From: Octopus bimaculoides
Taxonomy: Eukaryota
NCBI RefSeq assembly: GCF_001194135.2
Contig: NC_068990.1
Location: 66,516,710-66,580,709 of the forward strand
Direction of reading: 5' to 3'
DNA length: 64,000 nucleotides
Part shown: piece by piece, positions 13,303 through 26,534 of the stretch
Numbering within the stretch: the first letter of the stretch is position 1
Layout of the letters: each line of letters begins with the position of its first letter
Program-made: the position numbers and the translations under genes
The notes under the pieces: model-generated
Told to the model about the DNA's origin: nothing
What the model saw: only the letters and a program-made list of their open reading frames with translations
Databases searched by the model: none

Positions 13303-13667
13303 TTTATTCGTTTTTCTGAGGCTATGCTGGAGCACCACTTTTAGTTGAACTGATCGACCGCAAGACTTATTCTTTAGAAGCCTAGTTCTTATTCTATCGG
13401 CCCATTTTGCTGAACCATTAGGTTACGGGGACGTAAATACACAAACATCGGTTGTCAGGCGATGGTATGGGGACAAACACAGACACACAAACATATACAT
13501 ATATATACACGACGGACTCCATTCAGTTTCCATCCATGAATCCCACTCACAAGGCTTTGGTCGGCCCGAGGCTACAGTAGAAGACACTTGCCCAAGGTGT
13601 CACGCAGTGAGATTGAACCCGAGATCATGTGGTTAGGAGCAAGCGTCTTAGCACACAGCCACCCCTG
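13303..13667 (-). mobile_element. SINE family A, near full length
   Basis: Reverse complement reads CAGGGGTGGCTGTGTGCTAAG...GGGTTCAATCTCACTGCGTGACACCTTGGGCAAGTGTCTTCTACTGTAGCC...GATAGAATAAGAACTAGGC...GTGCTCCAGCATAGCC. Confidence 0.9.
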
Positions 13668-14239
13668 TGTGTGTATGTGGGTATGAATGCATACATACAT
13701 ACATGCATACATTCNNNNNNNNNNNNNNNNNNNNNNNNNNNNNNNNNNNNNATATATATATATATATATATAAGCGAAGAAAGCAGTATTAATTCCGAGT
13801 GGTAATTTTTACACCCTACATAATGTGTATGTCTTGTTAAAATGACGTATTACTTCGATATTTGTTTTCAGGCATCCTCTCATAAGGATGTAAAGTGTTA
13901 AGAAGCACAGGCATACCGTTAACAGATGAGAATCCTTTAGAATGCTTGGCGGAACTCCTATTCACCCGATTTCAGCGTACATGCGCACCATCAGTTGCAG
14001 GCGTCCACACACTGGTAACGATGTATAGAAAAATAGTGATTCTTCAGTCACTGATGTCGAAACTAACCAGGAGGCTCTGTAAAAGATAAATATTAGCAGT
14101 GGAAGCGGTATTAATACTGAATGGCAAACTTTATATCCTACATAACTTGGATGCATTATTAGAACATTGTATTATTACGGTCTTCGCCTTAAAAGATCAT
14201 CATCTGATATAGATGCACAGAATTATGTTAGTGTGTGTG

Positions 14240-14270
<31 letters not shown>

Positions 14271-14785
14271 TTGAGAGAGCTTACATGACATTCCATGATA
14301 TGGATGTCTCGTAAGAGTATGCATGATGTGACCCCCGGAAACCTATTGTGTATTTTTCAGTGGTTAATCTCCCTTGTATATTCACTAAAACACAACTGTT
14401 TATGAATGTCGCAATATATATTGAATGCCATAATCCAATCAAATATCACTCACCACACTTATTACGTGCCCAACAATTATTCATGTTGACACTTGCCTAT
14501 TGTTTTCGTGAGATAGTTTGATTTCGTTTTTGTATTTGGTTTGCAAGAGTCATTATGTGAAATCATGTGTTGAAGTAAATCATGTTGTGTCTGGGTAGAG
14601 TCAAAATGTCTTAATACCTTATTATCTAATACACTCACCGGTTGACTGTTCGATTGTTTTCCCAGACACAGAATATTAATAGCAGTAGAAATCATTGACT
14701 TTTGAAATCAGAAAACTTCACATAAAACACGCACACACACGTACACACACGCACACACACACACACACATACACACACACACACA

Positions 14786-14819
<34 letters not shown>

Positions 14820-14901
14820 NNNNNNNNNNNNNNNNNNNNNNNNNNNNNNNNNNNNNNNNNNNNNNNNNNNNNNNNNNNNNNNNNNNNNNNNNNNNNNNNN
14901 N

Positions 14902-14991
<90 letters not shown>

Positions 14992-17900
14992 CCTCTCGCA
15001 CTCATTCCTATATTCACACAAATGATACAAAGTCATAGAGAAACGCACAAATGTATATATCTATTATCGCTTCGCCTATCTAAATTCCTACTCTAAGTTG
15101 TTCTATAATATCCCATTTATAATATGAATATGTGACAAACACAATCAACAGTTTAATTTTTTTTTACCAGAGTTATTCTTCAATGGATAACCATCTGTAT
15201 CATATCAGCTCGATCAGTGACTCCCCCTCTCTATTTCCTACATATTTACAATATTATAATCGTATTGTAATGAGAACATCCTCGATATTCTTAATAGAAT
15301 TACCACCATTAATCTCTCATTAAAATGCGTACAAGTCTCACTAATATCACTATTTTTATTATTATTATCTTCCGCATGCGCTTTGAACTGTTCCCATGCG
15401 AAATATTAATTTTATTTCCTTTGCATAAATGTTTCATGTATAATCATGAAATTTATATAATTATAAATATTTCTTCTTAATCATATCTTGTTTTTGTTGA
15501 TATTGTTGCAGCTAATGCTGTCGTTGTTACCACTTCTCTTAGTCTTTTTGTAGTGGTTGGTGATAATGACGATGCTGGTCTTGCTTTTACTGTTGCAGTT
15601 ACTGTTGTTGGCAGTGGTTTGATTATTCTTGTTGTCAATCAATGAGTTCCAATGTGACGTTTTACGTTCTAACTATCGAAAGATTACCACATATAGAATT
15701 ATACACAAGAAGCACGGCCCAGAACGTTACAAATATAAGGAAGTTGCAGTCTTGAGTCTTTCTTCAAATAAGTGGCAGTCAAAGAGACACAAAGGATGGC
15801 CGTGCCTATATTTTCAGTGAAGTGAATAGTGATCAATGACTTGAAATAACAATAAGAATAGACGAGTAAGATGTTACTTAACATGCCGATATATTTGATT
15901 AATTGTTGGAGTGTTGTTGATAGCTAAAAGATACGTAGCAAGAAATGTAAAATTACAACAATTCCAGAAACAGGAACAACATTTATCATAATAACAACTA
16001 CAGTAACAACAGAAGGATTTGCAGCAGTATTGCGATAGTCAATAGTAGTTGCAATTCATACAACAGATGTTTGTGCAATGATGTTTTTCAACTTCGGGTC
16101 AATCTTAAATACGCACAATTACAATCAAAGGCGATCGTTCTCCGTACGAAATTAAAAACTGTGTCATACTTGTGTGAAATTTGACTGGTGACCGCCGTTG
16201 CTGCCGATGTTGCCATCTGCAGTTGCTTTTAGCACAAGAAGCAGAAAGAAATAGGGTTTGCTAAGAAATATAAGAGGGTGGGAGAGAAAGAAATTTCCCT
16301 CGGGGGAAGAGAATCGCTGAGAGAAAAGTTTTATTTTTATGAACTTATTTTATTATGCGAGTAGATATTTCGATATGATTCTTATTTAAATTTTCTTTCT
16401 TTGTCTTGGTTGTACTCGTAACTGCAAGCAGATGCAGATAAATTTATTTCGCTCTGATTTGGAGCTTGTCAATACACCGCAACTGGGGATAAAACTGCAT
16501 GGTCAGTTAAAACATTTAGGAACTATATAAACGATCAACTTCTCTTTTTTTTTTAATAGTGGTGAAAAGAGGTGAGAGAGGGAGGGCATAAAAAAAACCC
16601 TGAATCACTTACAGTTGACTTTACCATTAACATTATACAGAGTACGATCGATGTTTTCTATTTCTTTTACTTTTAACAGTGGGGGAGAATTTGATTGATA
16701 GAAAGTCTCCTACGTGTTTAAGTTTTCATTCTAGGGGTCTTTCAAAGGTTTTATTTTAAGTATCTAAATGGTAAATTAAAACAGATTCTATTAGGCCTGA
16801 AATTTGAATGGAGTAGGATTTCATATACGAATAGGAAATGACATTTGAAAGTTGCAGCTCAGATGATTTAAACCCAAAGTGTCATTGACCTCCTTACTCT
16901 GCCCTATTCTCCCATATTAAAAATGAAAGTCACCTTATCAAGACTTAACCAGAGGATGTAAATTATACAGGACTGATATATAAAGTATGAAAAAGTTAAT
17001 ACTATTCGTCAGGTTCAGTTGCCAAATATCGAAAACTTGATAAATGTTGTATCAGATGTCACCTACTTTTATTGATTGCATTTACGTTACATCTACCTAT
17101 AAACGGGTTGTATTCTGAATTATTATCATGCTCATATCGCCGAGAAAGCAGAAAAGAGACTTCAAGTAGAAATTTTAGATTAAAATCTTTCTCAAACTCA
17201 AACTTGAACTGCAGATGATATTACGGAGATGTTAGTACGAACGGTAAATATATAAACGCTACAGACAGATTAATTCATCACGTTGACTTCATAAAATCAC
17301 CAAACGAGTTGAGTCTATGGTAAAGAGACCGAGCTGTTGACTACCCAGTTTATCTTGCTCCGATTAGAATTAGGTTTAGATCAGGTAGGTTATGACAACT
17401 GCATATCGCGTCAGTTCTTTGAATTTGGGGTTCGTTTGGAGATCTCTTGAAATTACTTTAGCGGATATGCGCAATCAGTAAAAGATTTTCGTTGTATCAG
17501 AAGGAGAGATAATTATCCTCTGATCTCATTCCAGTCATAAACAAAAGGGCTCAGATAGAGTCTAGTGAGATATCGAAATTTCTCAGAGAAGGATAACGAT
17601 ACATACTCCCATTGAAATATTTCGTAATTGAATCAGAGAGTGCCATATTGCAAGGAAGCATAAATAGATGAACCCGTGTGTGAAAGGAAAAAAAGAAATA
17701 TTACGAAATGTCATCATCATTCATTGTTACATTCTAATTTGAAAACATTGAAAACAATACGAACGTGTTGGTAGTGTAAAAAGCTATGTTGATTTTAATA
17801 AATTAAAAACAATTTATCATTCTCGTATTAGACATGAACATTTAATAAGGGCTTGCTAATATTTATAAACAAAATTCTGTACGTGCGAGTATACATACTT

Positions 17901-19278
17901 TATACATGTATACATATATTTGTATCTCTCTTCTTTCTTCGTCTTTCTCTCACCTCTTTCTCTGTGTGTGTCTATATATATATATATATGTATATACATA
18001 CATATATATATATATGTATNNNNNNNNNNNNNNNNNNNNNNNNNNNNNNNNNNNNNNNNNNNNNNNNNNNNNNNNNNNNNNNNNNNNNNNNNNNNNNNNN
18101 NNNNNNNNNNNNNNNNNNNNNNNNNNNNNNNNNNNNNNNNNNNNNNNNNNNNNNNNNNNNNNNNNNNNNNNNNNNNNNNNNNNNNNNNNNNNNNNNNNNN
18201 NNNNNNNNNNNNNNNNNNNNNNNNNNNNNNNNNNNNNNNNNNNNNNNNNNNNNNNNNNNNNNNNNNNNNNNNNNNNNNNNNNNNNNNNNNNNNNNNNNNN
18301 NNNNNNNNNNNNNNNNNNNNNNNNNNNNNNNNNNNNNNNNNNNNNNNNNNNNNNNNNNNNNNNNNNNNNNNNNNNNNNNNNNNNNNNNNNNNNNNNNNNN
18401 NNNNNNNNNNNNNNNNNNNNNNNNNNNNNNNNNNNNNNNNNNNNNNNNNNNNNNNNNNNNNNNNNNNNNNNNNNNNNNNNNNNNNNNNNNNNNNNNNNNN
18501 NNNNNNNNNNNNNNNNNNNNNNNNNNNNNNNNNNNNNNNNNNNNNNNNNNNNNNNNNNNNNNNNNNNNNNNNNNNNNNNNNNNNNNNNNNNNNNNNNNNN
18601 NNNNNNNNNNNNNNNNTATATATAAACGTATATATGCATACGTACATATATACATATATTCATTCATACCTACACACCTACATACACATATCACTTATAT
18701 TTGTAAACATGAGCATAGTCATTGGAACGTACACTCCGTTTATAATTCTTTAGAATCCTATGTAACAACACAATTTATGATTTAGATGTATACAGCTTAT
18801 TTGCCTCTTATTTGTGTTTATGTGCGCGGTGGAGGAGGCTTAACATGGCACGGTATTGTAAATGTGAGTACTGATTAAAACTTATACTGCATTTTCATAG
18901 AAGGGTTAGTATATATTAAATAGACAACATGGCGCCATAGAAAACTTATAGCGTTCATTGTTGTTTTGCAATAATTCTTTGTTCTATTAAACACACGATT
19001 GCTCGCTACTTTTACGCTTCCTTACATTTCTTCATGCATATCTGCTCAAAGTCAGTATGAAAGAAAGATGACGTGGACGTCGTATATTTCGAATCTTGAT
19101 CGATCTTTTGCCGAGCTAAAACTAAAACAAGGCTATATTTTAAAATTTTAAAATTGTAACTAAAGTTATGAGTATACCAAATAATTACAACATATATGAG
19201 TATAACAAATAATTACGACATATGTTAAGAATTCTTGAGACTAGAATATACGAATCATAACAGAATCAAGATATCTCG

Positions 19279-19412
19279 CTATATGTTACACAGCGATAAA
19301 CATAGGATAAATATAAATATCACTATACAATTCTTATACAGACGGAGCAGAGAGAGAAAGAGCGATATATTAATAGATAGATAGATAGATAAATAGACAG
19401 CTAGAGAGATAG

Positions 19413-19490
<78 letters not shown>

Positions 19491-19629
19491 TACTTGCATA
19501 CACGGGAAGAGAGTGATTTGGAAGAGAATGAGAGATAGAAATGCACAGACAGACAGACAGACAGACAGATAGACAGATGGATAGATAGACAGACAGATAG
19601 ACAGACAGACAGACAGACATACAGACAGG

Positions 19630-19670
<41 letters not shown>

Positions 19671-19680
19671 GAGTCAAGAG
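19279..19680. repeat. Compound (AG)n/(AGAC)n/(AGAT)n microsatellite
   Basis: Seen directly. Similar compound di/tri/tetranucleotide arrays occur throughout, e.g. 27660-27905, 37495-37640, 44390-44460, 60745-60990. Confidence 0.95.
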
Positions 19681-20104
19681 TAAACTAAANNNNNNNNNNN
19701 NNNNNNNNNNNNNNNNNNNNNNNNNNNNNNNNNNNNNNNNNNNNNNNNNNNNNNNNNNNNNNNNNNNNNNNNNNNNNNNNNNNNNNNNNNNNNNNNNNNN
19801 NNNNNNNNNNNNNNNNNNNNNNNNNNNNNNNNNNNNNNNNNNNNNNNNNNNNNNNNNNNNNNNNNNNNNNNNNNTATATATATATATATATTTCAGAATT
19901 CTATAGAATAAAAGGTACTAGTGCAGCATGTGGATATCATAACAAAACTGTATATATATGGTTATGCGTTCCTCTCTCTTTGTCACGGCGAAAAAATATG
20001 AGATAAACATAAATAGCATTGCATCATTGTTTACAAACCTTAAATATATTTCTCTTATTGCTGACGACAAGAAATTTATTTTATGAAGTGTAAATAGGTA
20101 CATG

Positions 20105-20470
20105 CATAGCTTTGGGGTTAAGAGGTTCACTCTGCCACCACACGTTGTTGCCAGTTCAGTCCCACAGCGCGGCAACAAATGTTTCCTACCGTTGCCCCGG
20201 GACTTATGAGAGCATTTGTTTGATGGAAACTGTATGGAAGACAGCCGTATATACGCACGCACACGCGCGCCTGTTTATGTGTGTGTATGTGCATGTGTGT
20301 GTGTGTGCGTACATGCGCGTGCGATTTGTGATTGAGTTTATACCCACACTGGTTAATAACCGTTACGTAGCAATTCGGCAAATCAGACCGATAGAATAAT
20401 TACAGACTTTAGATATATGTACTAGAGTCGAATTTTCGACGGACATGACTGCACCCAAATTACTGAAACA
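20105..20470 (+). mobile_element. SINE family A (diverged), followed by an inverted family A fragment at ~20505-20605
   Basis: GTTCAGTCCCACAGCGCGGCA head, GATGGAAACTGTATGGAAG body and TTCGGCAAATCAGACCGATAGAATAA core. Confidence 0.65.
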
Positions 20471-20607
20471 GGAAAAAATCTATCTAATGTTTATTACCAT
20501 GGGCCCTTTTTCCCAGCCGTTATGTTACCGGAGCGTAAACTAACATCAGTTATCAAGCAGTTGTGGAGACAAACGCAAGCAGAAACACACACACACATAC
20601 ACACACA

Positions 20608-21291
20608 CAGCATGATGGGTAAATTGTCGCCATTGTATGTTTTTATTTTCTCGCATGCGCATTGTTTGTTTTAGATTTTGTCGACTACACAGCATAGTAG
20701 GATTAGCTGGGCACCGTATTTGAGAAAAAACAAAACCATGATGCAATTCATTCTGCCAGAAATTTAGAAACGACATGCTGTAACGTTTGGCATTCGCGCT
20801 GGAAGCACCAATGCGAACATTTCAGAGCGTTTGGATGCCAATCTCAGAACAGCGCAATCTCAGGACATGTACTAAGAGTGATAAAAATCAAACATCCAGT
20901 CAACACCATGGTGTTTGGAGTGATCACTAGTGATGACGACGTTCTGCATCCATTTATCTTCCTACACGGCCTGAGACCAAAGACGGAGGTCTACATCAAG
21001 TGCCTGGATGAGGTAGTCCTACCCTAGGTAAAGAGGATGGCTACTGTTAGAACCTATGTCTGACAACAGGACTCTGCATCAAGTCACATAAGCAGGAGAA
21101 CCCTGTCATATATCTGTCAGACAATTTCTGCGACCACATCACCTCTAACATCTGGCCACCTACCTCTCGAGACAGAAAACCCCTTGATTATTATGTGTGG
21201 GACGCAGTTGAGCGAGAGACCAACAACACTCCTTGTAACATCATAAATGAACTGAAGACAAGGATGATGGTAGCATTCACCGACTTAACAA
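20608..21291 (+). mobile_element. maT/Bmmar1-like (DD37D) transposon, internally deleted; right end lost in the N gap
   Basis: N-terminus from ATG 20738 joins directly to KHPVNTMVFGVITSD...YIKCLDEVVLP...QQDSASSH...IWPPTSRDRKPLDYYVWDAVERETN. I count 37 residues between the QQD and PLDY aspartates after correcting one frameshift. Confidence 0.85.
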
Positions 21292-21512
21292 TNNNNNNNN
21301 NNNNNNNNNNNNNNNNNNNNNNNNNNNNNNNNNNNNNNNNNNNNNNNNNNNNNNNNNNNNNNNNNNNNNNNNNNNNNNNNNNNNNNNNNNNNNNNNNNNN
21401 NNNNNNNNNNNNNNNNNNNNNNNNNNNNNNNNNNNNNNNNNNNNNNNNNNNNNNNNNNNNNNNNNNNNNNNNNNNNNNNNNNNNNNNNNNNNNNNNNNNN
21501 NNNNNNNNNNNN

Positions 21513-21545
<33 letters not shown>

Positions 21546-21664
21546 GTATAAAACTTACTTGGAAATGGATGCGTGGCGTTCGATCATATAATAATATAAA
21601 TAATATATATACATATATACATATATACATATGTACATATACATACTTATCTATATATGTTTAT

Positions 21665-21760
21665 ACACATGCATAAATGGGTACAGGACGTCAAAAACGT
21701 AAACAGCATGAAAAACGAGAACATGAAATACAAAAACAAGGAAACCGAACTTCTTTTGAG
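21665..21760 (-). repeat. Fragment of a Penelope-LTR-like dispersed repeat
   Basis: ATGGGTACAGGACGTCAAAAACG... is the inverted homolog of 34930-35000 (...ATGTCCTGTACCCAT). Confidence 0.5.
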
Positions 21761-21814
21761 AATATATATGTGTGTGTGTGTATGTGTGTATGTGTGTGTG
21801 TGTGTGTGTGTGTA

Positions 21815-22185
21815 AGAGCAGGTGTGGCTGCGCTTTAAGAACCTTTCTTCTCACACACATGATACTGGGTTCAGTCCTACTGCGTGGCACCTTGGGCAAA
21901 TATCTTCTATTATAGCCCCGGGCCAACCAAAGCCTTGTAAGTGGATCTGGTAGATGGAAGCTGAAAAAAAGCCGTCTTATATATGCATATATACATATGT
22001 GTGTGTCTTTATGTCTGTGTTTGTGTCCCTCCCATCGCTTGACAACCTTTGTGTATTTACGTCCCCTAACTTAATGGTTCGGCAAAATATACCGATAGAA
22101 TAAGTACTAAACTTACAAAGAGTGGGTCCTTTAAGGCGGTACTCCTGCATGACCATAACCAAATGACTGAAACAAGTAAAAGAAT
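21815..22185 (+). mobile_element. SINE family A, full length
   Basis: GCAGGTGTGGCTGCGC...GGGTTCAGTCCTACTGCGTGGCACCTTGGGCAAA...GATAGAATAAGTACTA...GACTGAAACAAGTAAAAGA. Confidence 0.9.
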
Positions 22186-22281
22186 AATATATATAGAGGA
22201 TAGTGAGTTGTGTTTAGAAATTTTACTACCAGTGGCCTAGCATATATAAAAAGTCAATTGACAACATATTCTCAATATGAA

Positions 22282-22454
22282 ATAGTGTACATTTAAACAC
22301 GAGAGAAAACTGCGTTCAACAGGCAGTTTTTACACGCTAGAAGAAGCAGTGAAAACGACCAAAACCACATTTAAGAGCAATCTTGACTGCTTCTTCAAGC
22401 GTGTAAAAACTGCCTGTTGAAGGCAGTTTTCTCTTGTGTTTAAATGTACTCTAT
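22282..22454. mobile_element. 173-bp foldback/MITE-like palindrome
   Basis: Arms 22282-22350 and 22386-22454 are 65/69 complementary, with a 35-nt spacer and TA near both ends. Confidence 0.8.
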
Positions 22455-22495
<41 letters not shown>

Positions 22496-22499
22496 ACAC

Positions 22500-22640
22500 A
22501 CGACGATATTCTATAGAGTTTCCATGTAACAAATTCACTTATAAGCTATTAGTCAGCCTGAGGGTTATAGGAGAAGACACTCGAACATGTTGCACAGTGA
22601 GACTGAACCTAAAACCACGATTTTCTCAACCACTTAGTCA
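22500..22640 (-). mobile_element. SINE family A, 5' part
   Basis: Reverse complement GCACAGGCGTGACTAAGTGGTTGAG...GGTTCAGTCTCACTGTGC...GTGTCTTCTCCTATAACC. Confidence 0.65.
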
Positions 22641-23333
22641 CGCCTGTGCAGAACAATTCTAAATCATGATAGCAACTATAATGAATAATTAACGATCAGA
22701 CTTTGTTTCGGCGGCAGAAATATAAAAGACGAAGAAAAAAAAATTGAAAGGAAAAAGAACGATACGAGTGAACTAAATTTAAAGTGAATAAAATTTAAAA
22801 CAAGAACAAGAAACATTAAAATTACTACTGGAACTACAGACATTTTATTTATACCCACTGTAAAACCACGTGAGAGATAAAAATCCGAACAAATTAAAAT
22901 GAGACTAAGAAAAGGTTCGTCATAGAAAAAAAGAAATACAAAGATAAATTGTTAAAGTGATTATACTTTTAGACACTTGGAGTCGAACGAGTTAAGTTCA
23001 AAGCTCATAGGGAAAAAATGACTTGGAAATATTTCGCAATAATACAATAATACAACCAAAGTTTATCTTTTTAAAAAATGAAAAAATGAAGCGGAAAATG
23101 TAAAGGAAAGGTACATTTTAAAAACCTAAAAAACATAATGAAGTGAAAGCGTGTTGGTAATGTTTCCTGCAAAACTGTAAAACTTATAAGCTATATATAA
23201 AAAAAAACTGAAAGCACATGCGAAGAACAAATTTGTATAACAGTGAAGACATATTTACTTACCATCTTTAAAATTCGTACCATTAAACACAACTCTTTCA
23301 ATACCAGATTTCAATAGGAAACGCGTGCGCGCG

Positions 23334-23377
<44 letters not shown>

Positions 23378-23397
23378 ATCATATATATAATCATTGT

Positions 23398-23450
23398 CAT
23401 CGTTTAACGTCAATTTTCCAAGCTGGCATGTGTTGGACGGTTTTGCAGGA
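23398..23450 (-). repeat. Short 3' tail fragment of a LINE or LINE-derived repeat
   Basis: TCATCGTTTAACGTC...CCAAGCTGGCATGTGTTGGACG. I recall this as a common octopus retroelement tail; it is single copy in this window. Confidence 0.4.
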
Positions 23451-25867
23451 AACGACGAGCTAGAGGACTGGTAAAAGCAAGAAAAGTATGTGACCTCCGA
23501 AGTCACCTAAGATTTGATGTTCTTAAAACTGAACCATGAACCATATAAATTCATCTAAACACAGAAACAAAAATAATTCCACTTCGTTGTCGGAGTTGGT
23601 TTGGTAAAATAAAGGAAACACATATAAATAATACCACAGCTAAATGCTGCATAGATGTAAATGTAGAAAGCTATAGAGCGACCTCAGGAGTGATTATAAT
23701 TTTAGTGAAATTGAAAAGCTTAAAACCCAGGCACCGCTGGTCAATATTTTTTAAATACTAAAGTGGAGAAGCATTTTGGTTTTGCTTACTTTCTAAACAT
23801 TCAAGCTGTCCAGTGCCTAATACATTCCATTTACATAATGGTCATGGCCACGATTGAAAAACTGGGTGTTTAAAATTTACGTTTCAAATATACGAGATAA
23901 AAAAGTGCGATCTAACAGAGTTGTTATCCAATCCATTTAAACAGAAGACTCTTTTTGCATACTCGTTAAATATATGATACTTTTCTATAGTGGGAATTCA
24001 TGTCGTGGTGATTTAGTCTGTTAGTCCATAATATGTGAGACTTGATGCTGTAAATTCCGTTAATTGGCAAACAGAAAATCCATTTAAAATTTGTCCGAAT
24101 AATTGATTGCCCGATTTGGATTTTACATTGGATTGTTTTTACTCTGGAACTTCAATTGTTTCATGCCGCATCTTAGAAAGAATGCCTCTAATGAATTGCT
24201 CTTGTCTCCTTCTTCCGGTAGAATTATCCTTGATAATCTAGGTGATTAAATGATTATATAAACTACTTTCAGGGCTGTAATACACGTGCAAGTTGTAATA
24301 CACTTGCAGCTTGATATTTAATTGTAAATCTATCATTTGTGAAAATAACTATCATCATGTGGCATAATGTTTGTTTTCCAAATTTGGTTTTACCATTGTC
24401 TCAGTTTGAAGACATTCAAAATAGCCCTCTGTGTAACATGCCTAACGAATATATATAAATATATATTTAGCGAACAGGGTATAATACATTATTGACATTG
24501 CGGAAATTTTGCAAGGCTGAAAGAAACTTCAAGCGTGCAATTAAAACGGCATTAAATTGAAATAACCGTCTATCTATGATAACTGACGTGTATTCATCAT
24601 TGAAAGGCATAATTCTGTGGGGTTTTTTTTTATCTGAAAAAGGAAACCTTTTCATAGAAATGTTTAATCAAATACCAATATATATCTGAGTGAGGCAGAC
24701 ACCGTTCTAGGAGTGACTCACGTGATTGTCAGATGCATTTTGGCCTTCTTGCCCTTAGTCAAGAGCGTGTACCCGGTCAAAACATGAGGAAATTCTTTCC
24801 TCATATATATAATGAACAGTGAATAATTAATTCACAGATACTGCGAAACATTTGCCAGGCGGAAATAAATTTGATGTACTTAACCGAAGCATCATTAAAT
24901 TAAAATAGTCATTTGAGTAGCATATTAAGATATATACATCATTGAAAAGTTTAATGCTGTGCTTTAAATCTCAATGTAATTCTCTTCATAGATATGCTGT
25001 CATAAAATCCCAATATATTTCGGAGCAGCGGGTTTGCAAGAACGTTAGGTGCGTTTTAATTTTCTTAGGCCTTGTCAATGGAATGTACTCAGCCGTTACA
25101 TGCCTGGACAAAATTTCCACGTATCTGTGTATAATGAACAAGGTAATAATAAATTCACTGCTGTGGCGTTAAGCTTGCCGGGCTAAAATAGACTTGGCGT
25201 ATGCAATCAAAACAACAGTATATTAAAATACACAAACAAAAGCACAATATGATGCTTTTCAATGGTTGTACAATACGTTAAGTGTGATACACACATACTT
25301 ATCACGCCTTTCAATGGAGTTTACACGTTGGGTATAGTACACTGATGGTTATTTTAATTTAATTCCTTTTCAACCGCATATGCCAAATTGAAAACATTTG
25401 TGCTAAGTCGTTTATAAATCTAATGTCTATGCGAGTTACCTCTACTTAATTCTCATCTTTAATACAATAGCACTTTTACATTGACAACCTAGTAATTGTA
25501 GTCGCAGCACACGGATAAGTTACCCTCTTTAACTAATTCCTTCTGAAAAACTTTAATTAATTCTCTTCGAAAAATTTTAATTACTTCTCTTTGAAAGAAC
25601 GTAGCCGTTAATTGTGAATCATCTACCTTATTCTGTAACCTTTATGTAATTATAGCTCATAATTTAATTTACGAGTAGGTCACATGTGTTTCGCTAAACC
25701 ATTAAAATGCTAATATTGTAGCTCCATCTTAAAATTCTTGAAAATTTCTCAGAAAAGTGACATCGATGTATCTGCATTTTGAATGGAACATTGAAATCGT
25801 GTAAATTCTGAGTAGCTGGAGAAGGCATCAGACAAATAAAAACGTACGTCATTCTCTGTGTGTGTAT

Positions 25868-25943
<76 letters not shown>

Positions 25944-26449
25944 NNNNNNNNNNNNNNNNNNNNNNNNNNNNNNNNNNNNNNNNNNNNNNNNNNNNNNNNN
26001 NNNNNNNNNNNNNNNNNNNNNNNNNNNNNNNNNNNNNNNNNNNNNNNNNNNNNNNNNNNNNNNNNNNNNNNNNNNNNNNNNNNNNNNNNNNNNNNNNNNN
26101 NNNNNNNNNNNNNNNNNNNNNNNNNNNNNNNNNNNNNNNNNNNNNNNNNNNNNNNNNNNNNNNNNNNNNNNNNNNNNNNNNNNNNNNNNNNNNNNNNNNN
26201 NNNNNNNNNNNNNNNNNNNNNNNNNNNNNNNNNNNNNNNNNNNNNNNNNNNNNNNNNNNNNNNNNNNNNNNNNNNNNNNNNNNNNNNNNNNNNNNNNNNN
26301 NNNNNNNNNNNNNNNNNNNNNNNNNNNNNNNNNNNNNNNNNNNNNNNNNNNNNNNNNNNNNNNNNNNNNNNNNNNNNNNNNNNNNNNNNNNNNNNNNNNN
26401 NNNNNNNNNNNNNNNNNNNNNNNNNNNNNNNNNNNNNNNNNNNNNNNNN

Positions 26450-26490
<41 letters not shown>

Positions 26491-26534
26491 TTGAAAAAAA
26501 ATGAGTTGAAATGGTTTTGGTGGTGGTGGGGATA

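Noticed and set aside
13919-14085. Minus-strand segment with strong splice-like ends and LLVSFDI/SLFFYTSLPV, similar to Penelope RT motif A
   Set aside because: No frame is open end to end, and the RT resemblance needs a frameshift and an insertion.
17110-17700. Coding-like text (RLQVEILD*N, loosely cadherin-like; YGKETELLTTQFILLRLELG)
   Set aside because: Frequent stops in every frame and no second cadherin motif; cannot be assigned.
9295-25600. Short tandem duplications (9299-9340, 19176-19230, 25535-25600) considered as possible CRISPR-like arrays
   Set aside because: Only 2-3 adjacent units without unique spacers, in a eukaryotic context; simple slippage.
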